DNA of 64,000 nucleotides from Octopus sinensis (GCF_006345805.1 NC_043002.1:59396001-59460000); one strand, 5' to 3'; positions 1 through 13,021 are shown, counted from the stretch's first letter. A program made the numbers and translations. Notes: a model not told the origin generated them from the letters alone.

Positions 1-349
1 ATATATATGTGTGTGTGTGTGTGTGTGTGTACATGGCCTGGGCCAATAATGGCCGAAACCTATCAAAGTATCAAAGTATATGTATATATATATATATATA
101 TATTTATAAATGAGGGTGAAAAATTGATATTAATTTAATAATACCATTGATTTAACACCGAGTGGCTTAGCACGAAAAACTACGGAGAAAATACAAATTT
201 ATACATAAATTATTAGAGAGTTAATCACTATGTGGATAACTCTAGTGCTAAAAATAGCCCCGATAGTATAGACACAGAAAAAGATGTTTCCAACTAGAAG
301 TAACACACATTTAACGGAAGGAAAGTGAAATATAACGAATAAATAGATT

Positions 350-433
350 GACCCTGAACAAATTGTTTCATTACTAATGTAATATGTAATTTTACTTACA
401 TACACATCTATAAATCATCAGCAGAGGTTTGTC
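350..433 (-). ncRNA. Candidate type I hammerhead ribozyme, copy 1
   Basis: Minus strand reads CUCUG-CUGAUGA-(45-nt imperfect hairpin)-GAAA-CA auu UGU-U|CAGGG: stem I 5 bp, stem III ACA/UGU, GUU cleavage triplet. Stem II closes U-U rather than G-C. Confidence 0.5.
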
Positions 434-846
434 TTAAATACAATTAATTAGACCGACACGAGCGTCAAAAACACGAGCGGTTTAACGAATTGCATTTTTA
501 GTTATGCCTCAAACTCCCCGCCAAAAGCATGCCAAGACTCTTTGGAAACGTATGCTGCATCAAATAAAATATTTACTGCCGCATAATTAAATTTATAAAT
601 TTATAAATGAGGGTGAAAAATTGATATTAATTTAATAATACCATTAATTTAACACCGAGTGGATTAGCACAAAAAACTACGGAAAAAATACAAATTTATA
701 CATAAATTATTAGAGAGTTAACCACTATGTGGATAACTCTAGTGCTAAAAATAGCCCCGATAGTATAGACACAGAAAAAGATGTTTCCAACTAGAAGTAA
801 CATACATTTAACGGAAGGAAAGTGAAATATAACGAATAAATAGATT

Positions 847-930
847 GACCCTGAACAAATTGTTTCATTACTAATGTAATATGTAATTTTACTTACATAC
901 ACATCTATAAATCATCAGCAGAGGTTTGTC
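847..930 (-). ncRNA. Candidate type I hammerhead ribozyme, copy 2
   Basis: Identical to 350-433. Confidence 0.5.
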
Positions 931-1085
931 TTAAATACAATTAATTAGACCCACACGAGCGTCAAAAACACGAGCGGTTTAACGAATTTAACTATCGGGG
1001 CTATTATATTTTATTATTATTATATTATATTATATTATATTATATTTATTATATTATATTATATAATATTTTATTATTATATATG

Positions 1086-1171
<86 letters not shown>

Positions 1172-1650
1172 GTGTGTGTGTGTGTATGTGTGTGTATGGG
1201 CGCAGGACGTTACAAACAGTAAAAAAGATGGAATACGAAAGCAAATGAGTTGAATATGCAAACAACGAGAGAAACAAATGAAAAACGGGACAAGAAACTT
1301 AAACAACGACCCTTCATCAGTTGTCAGCTGTCTGTCTACTCCTCATTTCGAGCATTGAACGACATGTGAGTCTTCGCAGGTAGTTGCTCCCACAAATACC
1401 AAAATAAAATTTTTGATTTATAGAGGGTCAAAGTTAGGAATAAATACAGGACAGTGGAGACATACAAGGAAACCGAATGAAAACAAACATGGAGGGTAAA
1501 ATTGATAACACTGGAGAATTATTTCCTTCGACGAGAGAAAAGCTAGGAGAGAGAAATAGATAGGATACATCCCGCTTCTAGGACAGCCCTGAAAGAAAAA
1601 GATGATCACGTGAGGAAAAGAATGATGGACGATGGTCACGTGTGAGCAAC

Positions 1651-1681
<31 letters not shown>

Positions 1682-1709
1682 AGAGAGAGAGAGAGAGAGA
1701 GTTAAAGGA

Positions 1710-3523
1710 GAAGTACCCCTCAGTGCGAGTGCACCATTGTAGGAGAAATTTGCTGTACGAGACGAGGCTCGTGAGAATTTCTGTCTTGAATTAGGAGCGG
1801 AAATCTGCAGTACGATCGAGTTTCATACACATTTAAGGCCAGTCGCGGCTTGTTTGATAATTTCAAGAAGAGGACTGGTGTTCATAGCTTCGTCAGGTAT
1901 GGAGAAGCAGCGAGTTTTCGTGCGTGAAATCTGTCAGCTCATCGCAGCATGGGAGTACATCGAACAACAGATATCCAAATGTAATGAAACTGGCCTTTTT
2001 CTTTTGAAAAATATGCCCAGAAGAACCTATATAACTGCAGAGAAGAAAATGTTAGGCGACGAGCGTATAAAAGTTCAACTCTCACCCTTTATGCTAATCT
2101 GTGGAGACGAGAAGATAAAACCGCTCCTTGTCTATCATACCGAAAACCCACGAGCGTTCAAGTCGCACAAAATCCTGAAGGAGAAATTGCAAGTCATGTG
2201 GAGGGCAAATGTTAAAACCTGGGTAACCAGGCACTTCTTCTCCGAGTGGATCAAACTTGTCTTCAGATCAGTAATAAAAAAAGTACCCTATGTTGAACAG
2301 TGCTCCCAATCAAGGCCCTCCTCGTCCTCAACAATATTCCTGCTCACCCTCCTAACCTGGAAGACGATATTCTGGACGAATTTAAATTTATAAAAGTTAT
2401 GTACCTTTCACGCAACACCACCCCTACCTTGTAGCCCATGGTCCAACAGGTGATTTCTAATTTTAATAAGTTGTACACCAAACGCCTGTTTCGTCGGTGC
2501 TTTGAAGTCACCGAAAATAGAAATCTAACCCTTCGTGAGTTTTGGAAGGAACACTACAACATTGTAAACTGCTTGAAAAATCATCGACATGGCCTGCCAG
2601 GGTGTAACGAGGAGAACATTGAATTCTGCGTGAAGGCAACTGTGACCTGAGTGTGTATCCGAAAGACACTTCGAGGGGCTTGAGTTTGAGACACCTGCAG
2701 TAGGGGAGATAATATCTCTTGGCAAGTTCAAAGGCCTTGAGGTTGATGATGTTGACATTAATGATTTCGTCGAAGAACACTCAGAGGATCTACGACAAAT
2801 TAACTCCTGCAGCATCAGGAGCGGCAGCATTTGGATGCAGTGGAAGCGATTGGTACCCCGCAGCTTGACAGTTTAAAGGAGAATGCTATCTCTACGAGTG
2901 ACATACAGACAATGTTGGCAAAGTAGCAGCATGTTTCTCAATTTGTAGAAAAATATCATTCTAAAAAAGTAGCCACAGGCCATGCAGCTGCTTTATTTAA
3001 TGACTCTGCTCTGGTGAATTTTTGTAACATTTAGAAAGGCAGGTAAAAGCAGACTTCTCTTGATGTGTTTCTAACGAAACGACCTGCAAGTGTGAAAGGT
3101 GAAGCAAGTGTGTCCAAAATGCCTAAATTAAGCGAAGTGAGAGAAAACGCCAGAAATTGTTCTTCCTGAAGTCATAATGGAAGGAGATTCTCCTTCCAAG
3201 CAGTTATCCTCCTCTTCACCGCTCTATCATATTTCTCGCGCACAAATCGTCCCATCTTTAAGGTAATTCAGTTAATAAAATCAGTTTACATCTTTCTTTT
3301 TCATTCTCGTTTTTTTTTTTATTTATAATTGTCCATTTTATTCTAACTACACATTTTCTGTTTTAAAACCCATTAAAAATTTATTATTGGGTGGTTTTGT
3401 GGGGCTGGAATGGATTAATGGTATTTTAGTTAATTTCAATGGGGAAAATTTATTTGTAAAGCAAGTAAATCGCAAAACGAGCTCGGTCATGGAACGCATT
3501 AAACTCGTACTGCGAGGTATCAT

Positions 3524-3525
<2 letters not shown>
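1710..3525 (+). mobile_element. Degenerate pogo/Tigger (TIGD1-like) DNA transposon, N-terminal region deleted
   Basis: Transposase remnants inside; right end AAACTCGTACTGCGAGGTATCATTG is a Tigger-type TIR; related subterminal motifs at 1715-1825. Confidence 0.85.
1900..3140 (+). pseudogene. Frameshifted DDE_1 (CENP-B/Tigger) transposase
   Basis: CNETGLF..KNMPRRTYITAEK, KIKPLLVYHTENPRAFKSHKILKEKLQVMWRAN..WVT, QQVISNFNKLY..LTLREFWKEHYNIV across several frames. Confidence 0.85.
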
Positions 3526-3562
<37 letters not shown>

Positions 3563-3667
3563 GTGTGTTGTATGTATGTATGTATGTATGTATGTATGTA
3601 TGTATGTATGTATGCATGTATGTATATTATATATATACATTATATATAATTATATATATATATATTA

Positions 3668-3717
<50 letters not shown>

Positions 3718-3724
3718 CAAACCC

Positions 3725-3975
3725 CTATAACAAACACAAGCCTACTTTAACATCCCGTAGAGACGTAATACCACAAGCCTGTCCAAGCACATCTGGTCGT
3801 TGAAAGAAAGCGCCACTGAGTACAGCATAAAGTGGAAGATTCTAGAGAAATGTAAAGCGTACTTCAATAGCGGCAGGAAGTGCAGTTTATGCTTTGCTCA
3901 GAAAAGACCAATTTTCTGCTCCCAGCACCCGGACATTTACGTCAATAGCAGAAGAGAAATTTTTATCCTTGCCCA
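3725..3975 (+). pseudogene. Penelope-like element GIY-YIG endonuclease, distal part
   Basis: TSLSKHIWSLKE..EYSIKWKILEKCKAY..RKCSLC..NSRREI matches the C-terminal half of PLE endonucleases. Confidence 0.7.
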
Positions 3976-4039
3976 CATGAAAGTAACGATACATATGCAG
4001 AACTACATAACGAAAGTACATGAGAACAACCTCACAAGC

Positions 4040-4265
4040 CTCTGATAGCATTAACTACGAAGCTAAGGATCTAGCAATTAAACTAAGTAGAGGGGATAAG
4101 GTAGAAACACTTGCGAAGAAAGAAGCTTTCATTACGATCAAGGATCATAAACAAAACTTTGTCTCTAACCCCAAGTGCAAGCTGATGAACCCTGCGAATT
4201 CTGAGATCAGACAGGTGAGAAAACAGCTCACCAGAAAGATCAGTAATGGCGTTAGAAGCGCTTCT
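4040..4265 (+). pseudogene. Penelope-like element fragment, region upstream of the RT core
   Basis: INYEAKDLA..VETLAKKEAFITIKDHKQNF..PKCKLMNPANSEI. Confidence 0.7.
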
Positions 4266-4324
4266 GATGTAAAGCCAGGGAGGTCATAACATATATTTGT
4301 GTATGTGTGTGTGTGTGTGTGTGT

Positions 4325-4550
4325 GTGTTTCAGTGTGTGTCTGTGTTTGTTCCCCTACCACCGCTTGACAACCGATGCTGGTGTATTTGCATCCCCGTAA
4401 CTTAGGGGTTCGGCGACAGAGTCTGTTATATTACAAGACCAGGCTTAAAAAAAGAAATACTGGGATCGATTAATTCTACTAGAAAAAAAAAAAATTCAAG
4501 GCGGTGCTCCAGCATTACCGCAGTCTAATGACTGAACAAATAAAAGATAA
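4325..4550 (+). mobile_element. SINE family A, 3' half
   Basis: CGCTTGACAACCGATG..CCCGTAACTTAG..GGCGGTGCTCCAGCAT..GCAGTC.AATGACTGAA shared with the full copy at 43645-43995. Confidence 0.8.
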
Positions 4551-5047
4551 AAAATAAGAGGTAAATATCAACTTCCAGTACAACACCCAATGACGAAGTT
4601 TGCAATAGGTTTGAAACATTGAAATAGAGTCTGCCATTCGGTGCAACAGACGACGTCCATGATACCATTTTACAAAACAGTGAACAGGATTGAGGTATCG
4701 TGGAGATCAACCGATTAGCGGATATGAATATCTCGTATGAAATTACGGCAAATGTAATTTATAGGTATATATATTCCTGTTTGTATCTCCTGCCATAGGT
4801 GCAATGAATTACGCAAGCGAATGTTTTACATTAAAACTTGCTGCTGTTCGGGGTTTTTCCAAGACAGAGCAAAAATAATTGGCTTCCAATCCCATAATGC
4901 AATCCGTTAGTAGTTCATTGAATATTTGGAAAACATTTTAACGAAGCTTCATTTGAGTTCCTTTCCAATAATTAACATATGTACATATTCACATATCACC
5001 GTGCGGCATATATACACATCTTTAAACACATAAATGGGCATCAATGC

Positions 5048-5213
<166 letters not shown>

Positions 5214-5343
5214 GGACGTGCTGTCACTTCGACTCCGAAGGCACCCAACTTTCGTTTGAGTGCTTTTCCAAGGGAGGAATTCGCCCCTAGGGGCAGTTTC
5301 AACCCTATTTAATTTTTGTAATTTCTTTCTCGACATTTTCAAA

Positions 5344-7305
5344 ATGTCAAGAAATTGTATTGAACGATGGTCGCGTTCCTTTATCGACCAGCTTTCTCCT
5401 AGACTGGAAACGCTAGGAGAAAAAAAGAATTTATGCGCGCAAAGTAAAATCATCAATGACTTTGCAATGAACGCTACAACTACTTGTAGTAACAGCCCTG
5501 TCACCAACACCACCACTAGCAAGAACAACATAGAGACTACTACTGTTACCACCACCGCCTTCACCACCACAACCACCACCGCCGCCACCTCATCCACTAC
5601 CTCAACTACCAACAACAACAACAATAACAATGACAACAAAAATAAAAATTGCGCCACCATTTCGACATCTGCTGCCACGGCTGTCTCTTCTGCCACTGAC
5701 ACCACCACCAACAACAAAAACAACAATAACAACAACAACAATTCCGTTCAGACCTGTTTTACTCCAACAACAAGAACTGAAGTGAATAAACAAAAGACTG
5801 TGACCACCAAACAAATTGACAAAAGCTGCTCGAATACAGGGATAAATTATGAAAATAATTTTCCACCCCTTCCTACTTGCATAATCAAACCAAATACACC
5901 AATTTTACCAACTGCAGCCAGCAACAACATCACCACCAGCAACAACAATAACAAAACAACAACAAATTTCGCCGAGGCGATTAAAGAAAAAAAGACAACA
6001 GTATATTTTACTGCTCAACAAATAAAAGACACGAACATTACAATAACAGAAATAGATGGTGTAGTAAAAATAAACATACCAGAAGAAATATTAGAAGATG
6101 AAAAAAAAAGAACAATTATTTATAAAATAATTAATAAGAAAACAAAAAGCCCAGAGAAGGCTAACACAAGCAAAATAGAAAAATGCATGAAATCCATCTG
6201 GGACTACAAAGACTATGTGACCTGGTGGAACAAGTTCGCACACATACAAGTGGTTTTCCACACTGAAGAGTTAGCAAGACGTTTCTCAACGCTAACTCTT
6301 CATTCAGATGAACTTACATTAACACCAAGCTATCGGTGTTATATCCACCCAGATATGTGTATCAGAAGACCACAAGTTGTATGTGGTCGTCGATGGCAGA
6401 AGACCACGTTGCTACATATGCGGCAGTGAGCAACACCTAAAAAAAGACTGCAAATCTGCCGCAAGAAAACAACAGCAACAACAACAGCAGCCGGAAAAAA
6501 CAAATAAACCAGGTTTACTACCCACACCACGTTTTGCACGAACAGGACTAATCACAGAAAACCAACAAAAAACAAACCTCACCAACCAAACAACCACACC
6601 AACTGCACCAAGAACAGAAGCAACATCACCAACAACAACAACCAAGAATAAACCAACTCTCAAACCAAAGACATCTGCCAAAAAGACACTCAGCGAAAAT
6701 GAAGAAACAATTACTACTCCAAATCCCCACAAAATTGAGACCCCAAACAACACAACAATACCTACAATCACTCAAACACAAAATACCCACACCCCACCTC
6801 CAAAACCGCATACACCACAACCAAACGCTCACCAACCAACACCAACAACAAAATCAACACAATCTACAATAGACCCCAATATTTTCCCTCTTCCAAGCTC
6901 TGATTCTTCTGATTTGTCATTAGACGAAGAAGACAAAAGATTGGCAAATAGCCACAGGGGGGAGAAGAAAAAGGGAAAAAAAAAAGAAAAGAAAAGATAA
7001 CAAACAAAGCAGGAAGATACACCACTCCCGAAACAAAAACATCCACAGAAAACAAACACATCAACACAAACACACCATCATCAAACCCCCCAGCAATGTT
7101 GACAGCCATAAACACAAACAACCACGACCTAATGGAACACATTAGGTCAAACACCAACATAACTGAAAACGACATAAAAACAAGTAACCACCCACGCACA
7201 ACACCACCACAACACATTAAAATAATACACGTAACACAGAACACATACAGCACCCTGAAATCTCTTTACCCTGATGCAGTAGGGAGATTTCAAAAGTATT
7301 CATAA
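5344..7305 (+). pseudogene. LINE ORF1 (gag-like), frameshifted; Asn/Thr/Gln-rich
   Basis: ATG at 5344; CYICGSEQHLKKDC is a CX2CX4HX4C knuckle; split over ORFs 5260-6429, 6377-7000 and 7096-7305. Confidence 0.8.
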
Positions 7306-7444
7306 AAAAAAACTATACAAAAGCCTCATAGAAGAAGACCGTGAGGTGAAAAACAAAGGACTTTCGAACAACAAGTAAACTTTTCTCTCTCTCTTTCCTT
7401 TTTTGCACTTTCTTTTCGTGTGTAAAACACAATTTTATCCGAAC

Positions 7445-10400
7445 ATGCTCAGAATAGGCAGTATAAATGTACGTGGCTTGGTGTCGCCTTGGAAACAAGG
7501 CTACCTGTTAAATGACATCAAGTCACTAAATCTGAATATCATAGCCATCAGTGAGACCAGACTCCACAGCTTGCGGGCACTCCAGCACATTTTCGGTACA
7601 CATTTCAACATTTATTTTTCTTCGTGTCTACCGAGAATGGGCGGAGGTGGCACTGCGGTGCTTATCCGTAAGAGTCTGGATCTCAAAGTAAGAGCAAATT
7701 TCCTAGACCCGGAGGGTAGGCTGGTCGTTTTGGATGTCGATGGCAGCAATGAGTGTGATTTTCGACTGATAGCAGTTTATGCTCCGTCCTTAACAGGCCG
7801 ACCAGATTTCTTTCGACGTCTAGAGTCTTTCATGGGAACGTCTCGTGCTTTACTTTTAGTGGGGGATTGGAATGCCACCCTGGACACGCATCTAGAGTAC
7901 GTGGGCAGATATAGTAATAGAAGGAGATGCAAATGCCTCAAAGACCTGCTCAGACGTTTTCAACTGTCTGACAAGTACCGACTGGACCACCCGAATGTGC
8001 CAATGTGGACATGGAGTAACCGCATCGGGTCGTCCAGATCATACTTAGATAGAGTATTATGTAGGATAATAGATAAAAATAGTGTAGGTTGTCCACAATT
8101 TCATATAGTCAGTTACACAGATCACAAGTTTGTGACTTGTACACTTGACTTAGATAAGACACATAGGCAGGGTCCTGGTTACTGGAAACTGAACGCGTCT
8201 TTTACAGCACAACAGTTTTACAGGGACCGGATCAGCACATTAGTTAAGAGAGCTTTGACGGGTACCATCATCAACAACAGATGGTGGTATGCCCTAAAAA
8301 AAGCAATTAAAGTAGAATCAGTCAAATACAGTAGAGCCCTAGCATTAGACCGAAATAGAATAGAGGGAGAATTAGTTAAGGTTTTAGAAGAGGCACTTAG
8401 AACTGGCATCACGTCCAACGTGCTGGCGGCGAGATTGGCCTCGACCAACACCTCAACGCCAAACACGAGGATGCGTTGTCAGAGCTAGGATGCGTGCTCT
8501 GAGGAACGAAGGAGTTGGAGCCGCCCAAGAGGCCCGAGTGGTGGAGACGCAACGAGGCAACAGAGCCACCATCAAGTCTCTTATAGATGAACAGGGGCGC
8601 GAATTGCTCGAGCCTAAAAGGATGTGTGGGGCTTTTCAACAACACTTCACCCAACTGTTTGGGACAAGTGGTGGGTCAGAACGCAGAGTGGACTTTAGTG
8701 CCTACCTGCATGCCTTGCCACGACTCTCAGCAAGAGAGGTGGAGTCTTGTGAAAGGCCTATCACAGCTGCGGACGTACAGGATGCGATGGTAGGCTGCGC
8801 GAGAGACAAGTCACCAGGCTTGGATGGTCTGCCCTACGAACTTTATTTTCATATGCCAGACTTGTTTGGAGGCGTCTTGGCAGCTGTCTACTGCAACTGG
8901 CAGCACAACGGGAGTATTCCTGCTTTTGTAAAGCGAGGAGCAGTGACACAGATTAAGAAAGACCAAAACAAGGGGGACGTCATAGATAATTTCAGGCCCA
9001 TCACTTTGCTCAACGCAGATTTGAAAATTTTGGCCAAGGTGTTAGCCGAGAAGTTGGCGCTTGTCATCAAGAAACTAATCGACAAGGCGCAAACATGCGC
9101 CGTGCCGGGTAGAAGTAGTTAAGAATCCTGGCATGGGTGGGGTGCTGATCAATTTGGATCAATCAAAAGCCTTCGATAGGATAGACCATCACTACTTGGA
9201 GGCTGTCCTTAAAGCGGCTGGTTTCGGTCCAGTTTTCCACGGTTGGATCGCTGCCTTATACAGCGGCATCCGCTCAGTAGTTCGCGTAAATGGTCATCTA
9301 TCCAGACCTTTTAACATCATGCGTTTGGTTCGTCAGGGATGCCCCCTCTCATCGCTGCTGTATGTATTGACTCTTGAGCCACAACTGCGGAAACTGGCGA
9401 CGCTGAGGGGCATCCCACGAGAGCTGGGATGCGGGAGGAGCGTGTCTGCATACGCGGATGACGTCACCGTCATAGTGTCGAGCTACCAGCATATCGAGCT
9501 GGTCGGCGAGACACTAAAAGAATACGAAGCGGTAACGGGAGCAAAAATTAACCGGGAAAAGTCAGTGGGCTTGCGGCTCGGCAAACGTTCCGATGGTTAG
9601 GCGATCCATTTGCTGTCAACACCCGCTAAATGGAGGGCTGGGCATGCCGTGGTTGATGATGCGCAGACATGCGCTGAGACTGCGACATCTCCGGCGCTTC
9701 ATAGACAACGGTGAACAGGTGTGGTCGCCTTTTGTGCGGCGCGCTTTCCCGCAGCTCGTCTCCTTGGACGAACTACAGTCATGGATCAAGCAGAGACCGA
9801 GGCTAGGCGAATGGCACCGCGAGTGTCGCGTTGCTCTCAAGCAACTCTGCCGTCCGGGATCGAACTTGTGCGACTCCATCACAACAAAGGCATTCTATAG
9901 AGGATTAGTGGAGGGGAGGTGCGACGACGAACTCGGGCAGAGTCTGGGCGTCGACGAGGAACACCTGACCCGCCTGTTCAGGACAACTTTCGGGCCGGGA
10001 CCTATGAACAATCACCAAAGATCCCTGGCCTGGCAGTGCTATCGAGAAGCATTACCTGTTCGGGATAAGCTCTACAGACACGGTTCCAGACACACTGGAC
10101 CGACTTGCCCGAGATGCGGTCAGAGCGACGAAACCGTTCTGCACGCACTCGTGCAATGTCCAACCATTTCAGACCTGTGGGCTTATGCCGAACGGCTGCT
10201 GTCACGTGTGGGACGAACCCGCCTATCGGCCGAGTCTATCGTGAGAATTGCTCGGCCCCATTCCCTCAACCGGGAAGGAAAGGCAGTTTTCATCGTACTG
10301 GTGGCCATGGTGAAAGAATGTGTGTGGTGGACCCGAGCGAAAGGATTAGAGACAAACACTTACCTCTCTGGCCAATCGCTCATCAACTTTTTCAAGTACC

Positions 10401-10525
10401 ACTTGAAAAGGAAGGTGAGAATGGAGAGGGAAGTTTTGTCTCGCGAAAGATTAAAAAAAAGATGGATGAATGTTGCCAAGATGGTGCGTGCGAGTGACGA
10501 AACCATTTTGAGCATGATCCTGTAA
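7445..10525 (+). pseudogene. LINE ORF2: APE endonuclease, reverse transcriptase and C-terminal zinc finger; frameshifts and internal deletions
   Basis: SINVRGL, SETRL, GDWNA, SYLDRV, TDHK, YWKLN (APE); KSPGLDGLP, FRPITLLNADLKILAK, LDQSKAFD, RQGCPLS, AYADD (RT); CPRC..ETVLHALVQC. Lesions near 8440-8490, 9115 and 9585. Confidence 0.95.
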
Positions 10526-10804
10526 ATCGTAAAAAAGAAGGAAAGAGAGCATTTTGATCTCATGTGGTTATTTCCTCCCTGACTGAGGTTTCCATGGTCT
10601 TTTCTGTAGGCTTTTCTTCCCACGGATGAACCCAATCTTGTTTTATCAATGTTTTTATAATTATTTCTGTGATACATGATTTCTTTTCTTTTTTTTTCCT
10701 CCTCTCGATCCCTTTTGATCGCAATCTTACATTTATTTTCTTTTTTTTCCACCCTCGAAAAGAAAAGCTCTGCATTTGTATTTGTCCCCTCTGTATTCAG
10801 CCCT

Positions 10805-12025
10805 GTGTGGTCGCCGTTTGTGAGGCACGCTTTCCCGCAGCTCGTCTCCATGACCGAACTGCAATCGTGGATCAAAAAGAGGCCGAGGAAGGGCGAATGG
10901 CATCGCCAGTGTCGCGTTGCTCTCAAGCAACTCTGCCGTCCTGGGTCAACCTTGAGTGACTCCATCACAACCAAAGCATTCTATAGAGGATTAGTGGAGG
11001 GGAGGTACGACGACGAGCTCGGGGCGAACCTAGACGAGGAATACCTGACCCGCCTGTTCAGGACGACTTTCGGGCCAGGGCCCATGGACAACTTCCAGCG
11101 ATCCCTGGCCTGGCAGTGATACCGAGAAGAGCTACCCGTTCGGGATAAGCTCTACAGACACGGCTCGAAAAACACGGGGCCGACCTGCCCGAGATGCGGC
11201 CAAAGCGACGAAACCGTTCTGCACGCACTCGTGCAGTGTCCAACAATTTCCGACCTGTGGGCTTATGTCGAACAACTGCTGTCACGTGTGGGACGAGTCA
11301 GTTTATCAGCTGAGTCTATCGTCAGTATTGTCATGCCTCCTTCCTTCAAACGGGAAGGAAGAGCTATTTTTATCATACTTGTGGCTATGGCGAAAGAATG
11401 TATCTGGTGGACGCGTCTGAAAGGATTGGAGACAAACACTTTCCTCTCTGGTCAACCTCTCATCAACTTCTTCAAGTACCACTTGAAAAAGAAAGTGAGA
11501 GTAGAGAGGCAAGTTTTGTCTAGCGAACGTTTTAAAAAAAGATGGGTGAATGTAGCAAGGATGGCACGTATGAATGACGAAGCCACCTTGAGCATAATCC
11601 TATGAACCCAGAAATTGAAAACAGAGGGTTACCCACTTGCAAACAAATGTGGTAACATATAACAATATTGACCAAGGTTACCGTGGTCTTTTTAGTAGGC
11701 TTTTCTTCCCACGGATAAACCTTACTTGCTTTCCCCTTTACACCATACATCATGACACTGTGATACACGATCCCTATTGATCGTTTTCTTTTCCTCTTCC
11801 CCTTTTTTTCCTCTTTATTCTTCTTTTTCATTTTTCTTTTCCTTTGTCCCTTTTCCCTTTTTTCTTTTTTTCTTTTCCTTTTTTTTGTTCTTTTTTCCCT
11901 TTTACGATCCCTTTTGATCGAAAACCTACGCCACCCTTTTTTTTTCATCCCCCAAAAGAAAAGCTCTACCTTGTAACTTGTCCCATCTGTGTGCAGCCCT
12001 GTTTGGCCACTAAAGAAACTTATCT
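10805..12025 (+). mobile_element. 5'-truncated Tx1 copy 2 (subfamily B) fused to the 3' end of copy 1
   Basis: Repeats ORF2 from WSPFVR to LSIIL with B-type variants, internal TGA at about 11118, then 3' UTR ending AAAGAAACT. Confidence 0.92.
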
Positions 12026-12038
12026 ATCTCTCTATCTC

Positions 12039-12117
<79 letters not shown>
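12026..12117. repeat. (CTAT)n at the 3' end of Tx1 copy 2
   Basis: Starts immediately after AAAGAAACT. Confidence 0.97.
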
Positions 12118-12118
<1 letters not shown>

Positions 12119-13021
12119 AATGCGTATAGCTGCCTCTTATATATATCATCATATATGTATACACTTTTATGTACAAATGCACACAGTAACTACGCACAGT
12201 TTTCGTATTCAGCCAGCAAAATCCATACTATAACATGGATTTAATGGTCTAGTTACCTACATATTATAAATTCTACACACTTGCCCCAAAGCGTGATGGA
12301 GTACTTTAAAGTTTTTGCACGTAAATATACAGCTCTCATACATAAACACACGTGTGTGTGTGTGAGTGTATGTATGTATGTGTGCTTGCGTGTGTGTCTG
12401 TATTTTCAGGTGTCTCTCTCGTTCGCCTATTTTTCTTCAACTTCGTGTCTCTCCCACTACGCCCTTAACACTTTCTCTCAGACACGCTCTCTCACTCACT
12501 CACTCTCTCTTTCTTTCCCTCTCCTTCAAACACACGGACATACACATACAGAGACACACACATACCGACACACATGCGCACTCTCCTCCTTCTCTCTCGC
12601 ACACACTTAGATTCTCTCATGACTCCCTCACGCTGCTTCTCTATTTCTTACAGTTTAAGCTTCTAATCGCCCGCAGCGTGTTCTTTAATCTATCAAAACG
12701 AAGAGTTTTTATATTTTCTGGCTTCCCTTTCTCAAAGGAAAGGTATCTTCCTTTGCACCCTACTTCGTCTCAACCCACCTCTTCTACCATACCAGCCATT
12801 TCCCTTCAATCTTTCAGTTTGAATCAATGGCTACAAAGCTATCATCCTTTCTCCCCACCTCTCTCTCTATATATTATACTTTGTATATAACGTGTGTTTG
12901 TGTGTACGTACATAGATGCACAAATACATACACACTACATTTATATATATATATATATGTATATATATCTATGTAATTGATGCATCTAGGCACTCGTCAC
13001 CACATTTGCCTTTCTCTTTAG

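Larger units (their letters stand above)
104..988 (-). repeat. 1.8-mer tandem of a 497-nt unit (104-491 repeated at 601-988), each copy carrying a hammerhead-like motif; candidate retrozyme or Penelope pLTR tandem
   Basis: Direct repeat, offset 497, about 7 substitutions and no indels in 388 bp; duplicated 68-aa ORFs in the track mark it. Confidence 0.9.
5214..10810 (+). mobile_element. Near full-length Tx1/L1-clade non-LTR retrotransposon (copy 1, subfamily A), disabled
   Basis: 5' UTR, ORF1, ORF2 (APE-RT-zf) and pyrimidine-rich 3' UTR in order. Confidence 0.93.

Noticed and set aside
199-902. Duplicated 68-aa ORFs as a tandem gene pair
   Set aside because: Short, no recognisable domain, and explained by the 497-nt repeat; they start inside the putative hammerhead stem II.
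1290-1335. CUGAUGAAGGG on the minus strand as another hammerhead
   Set aside because: No correctly placed GAAA, stem III or stem I partner could be found.
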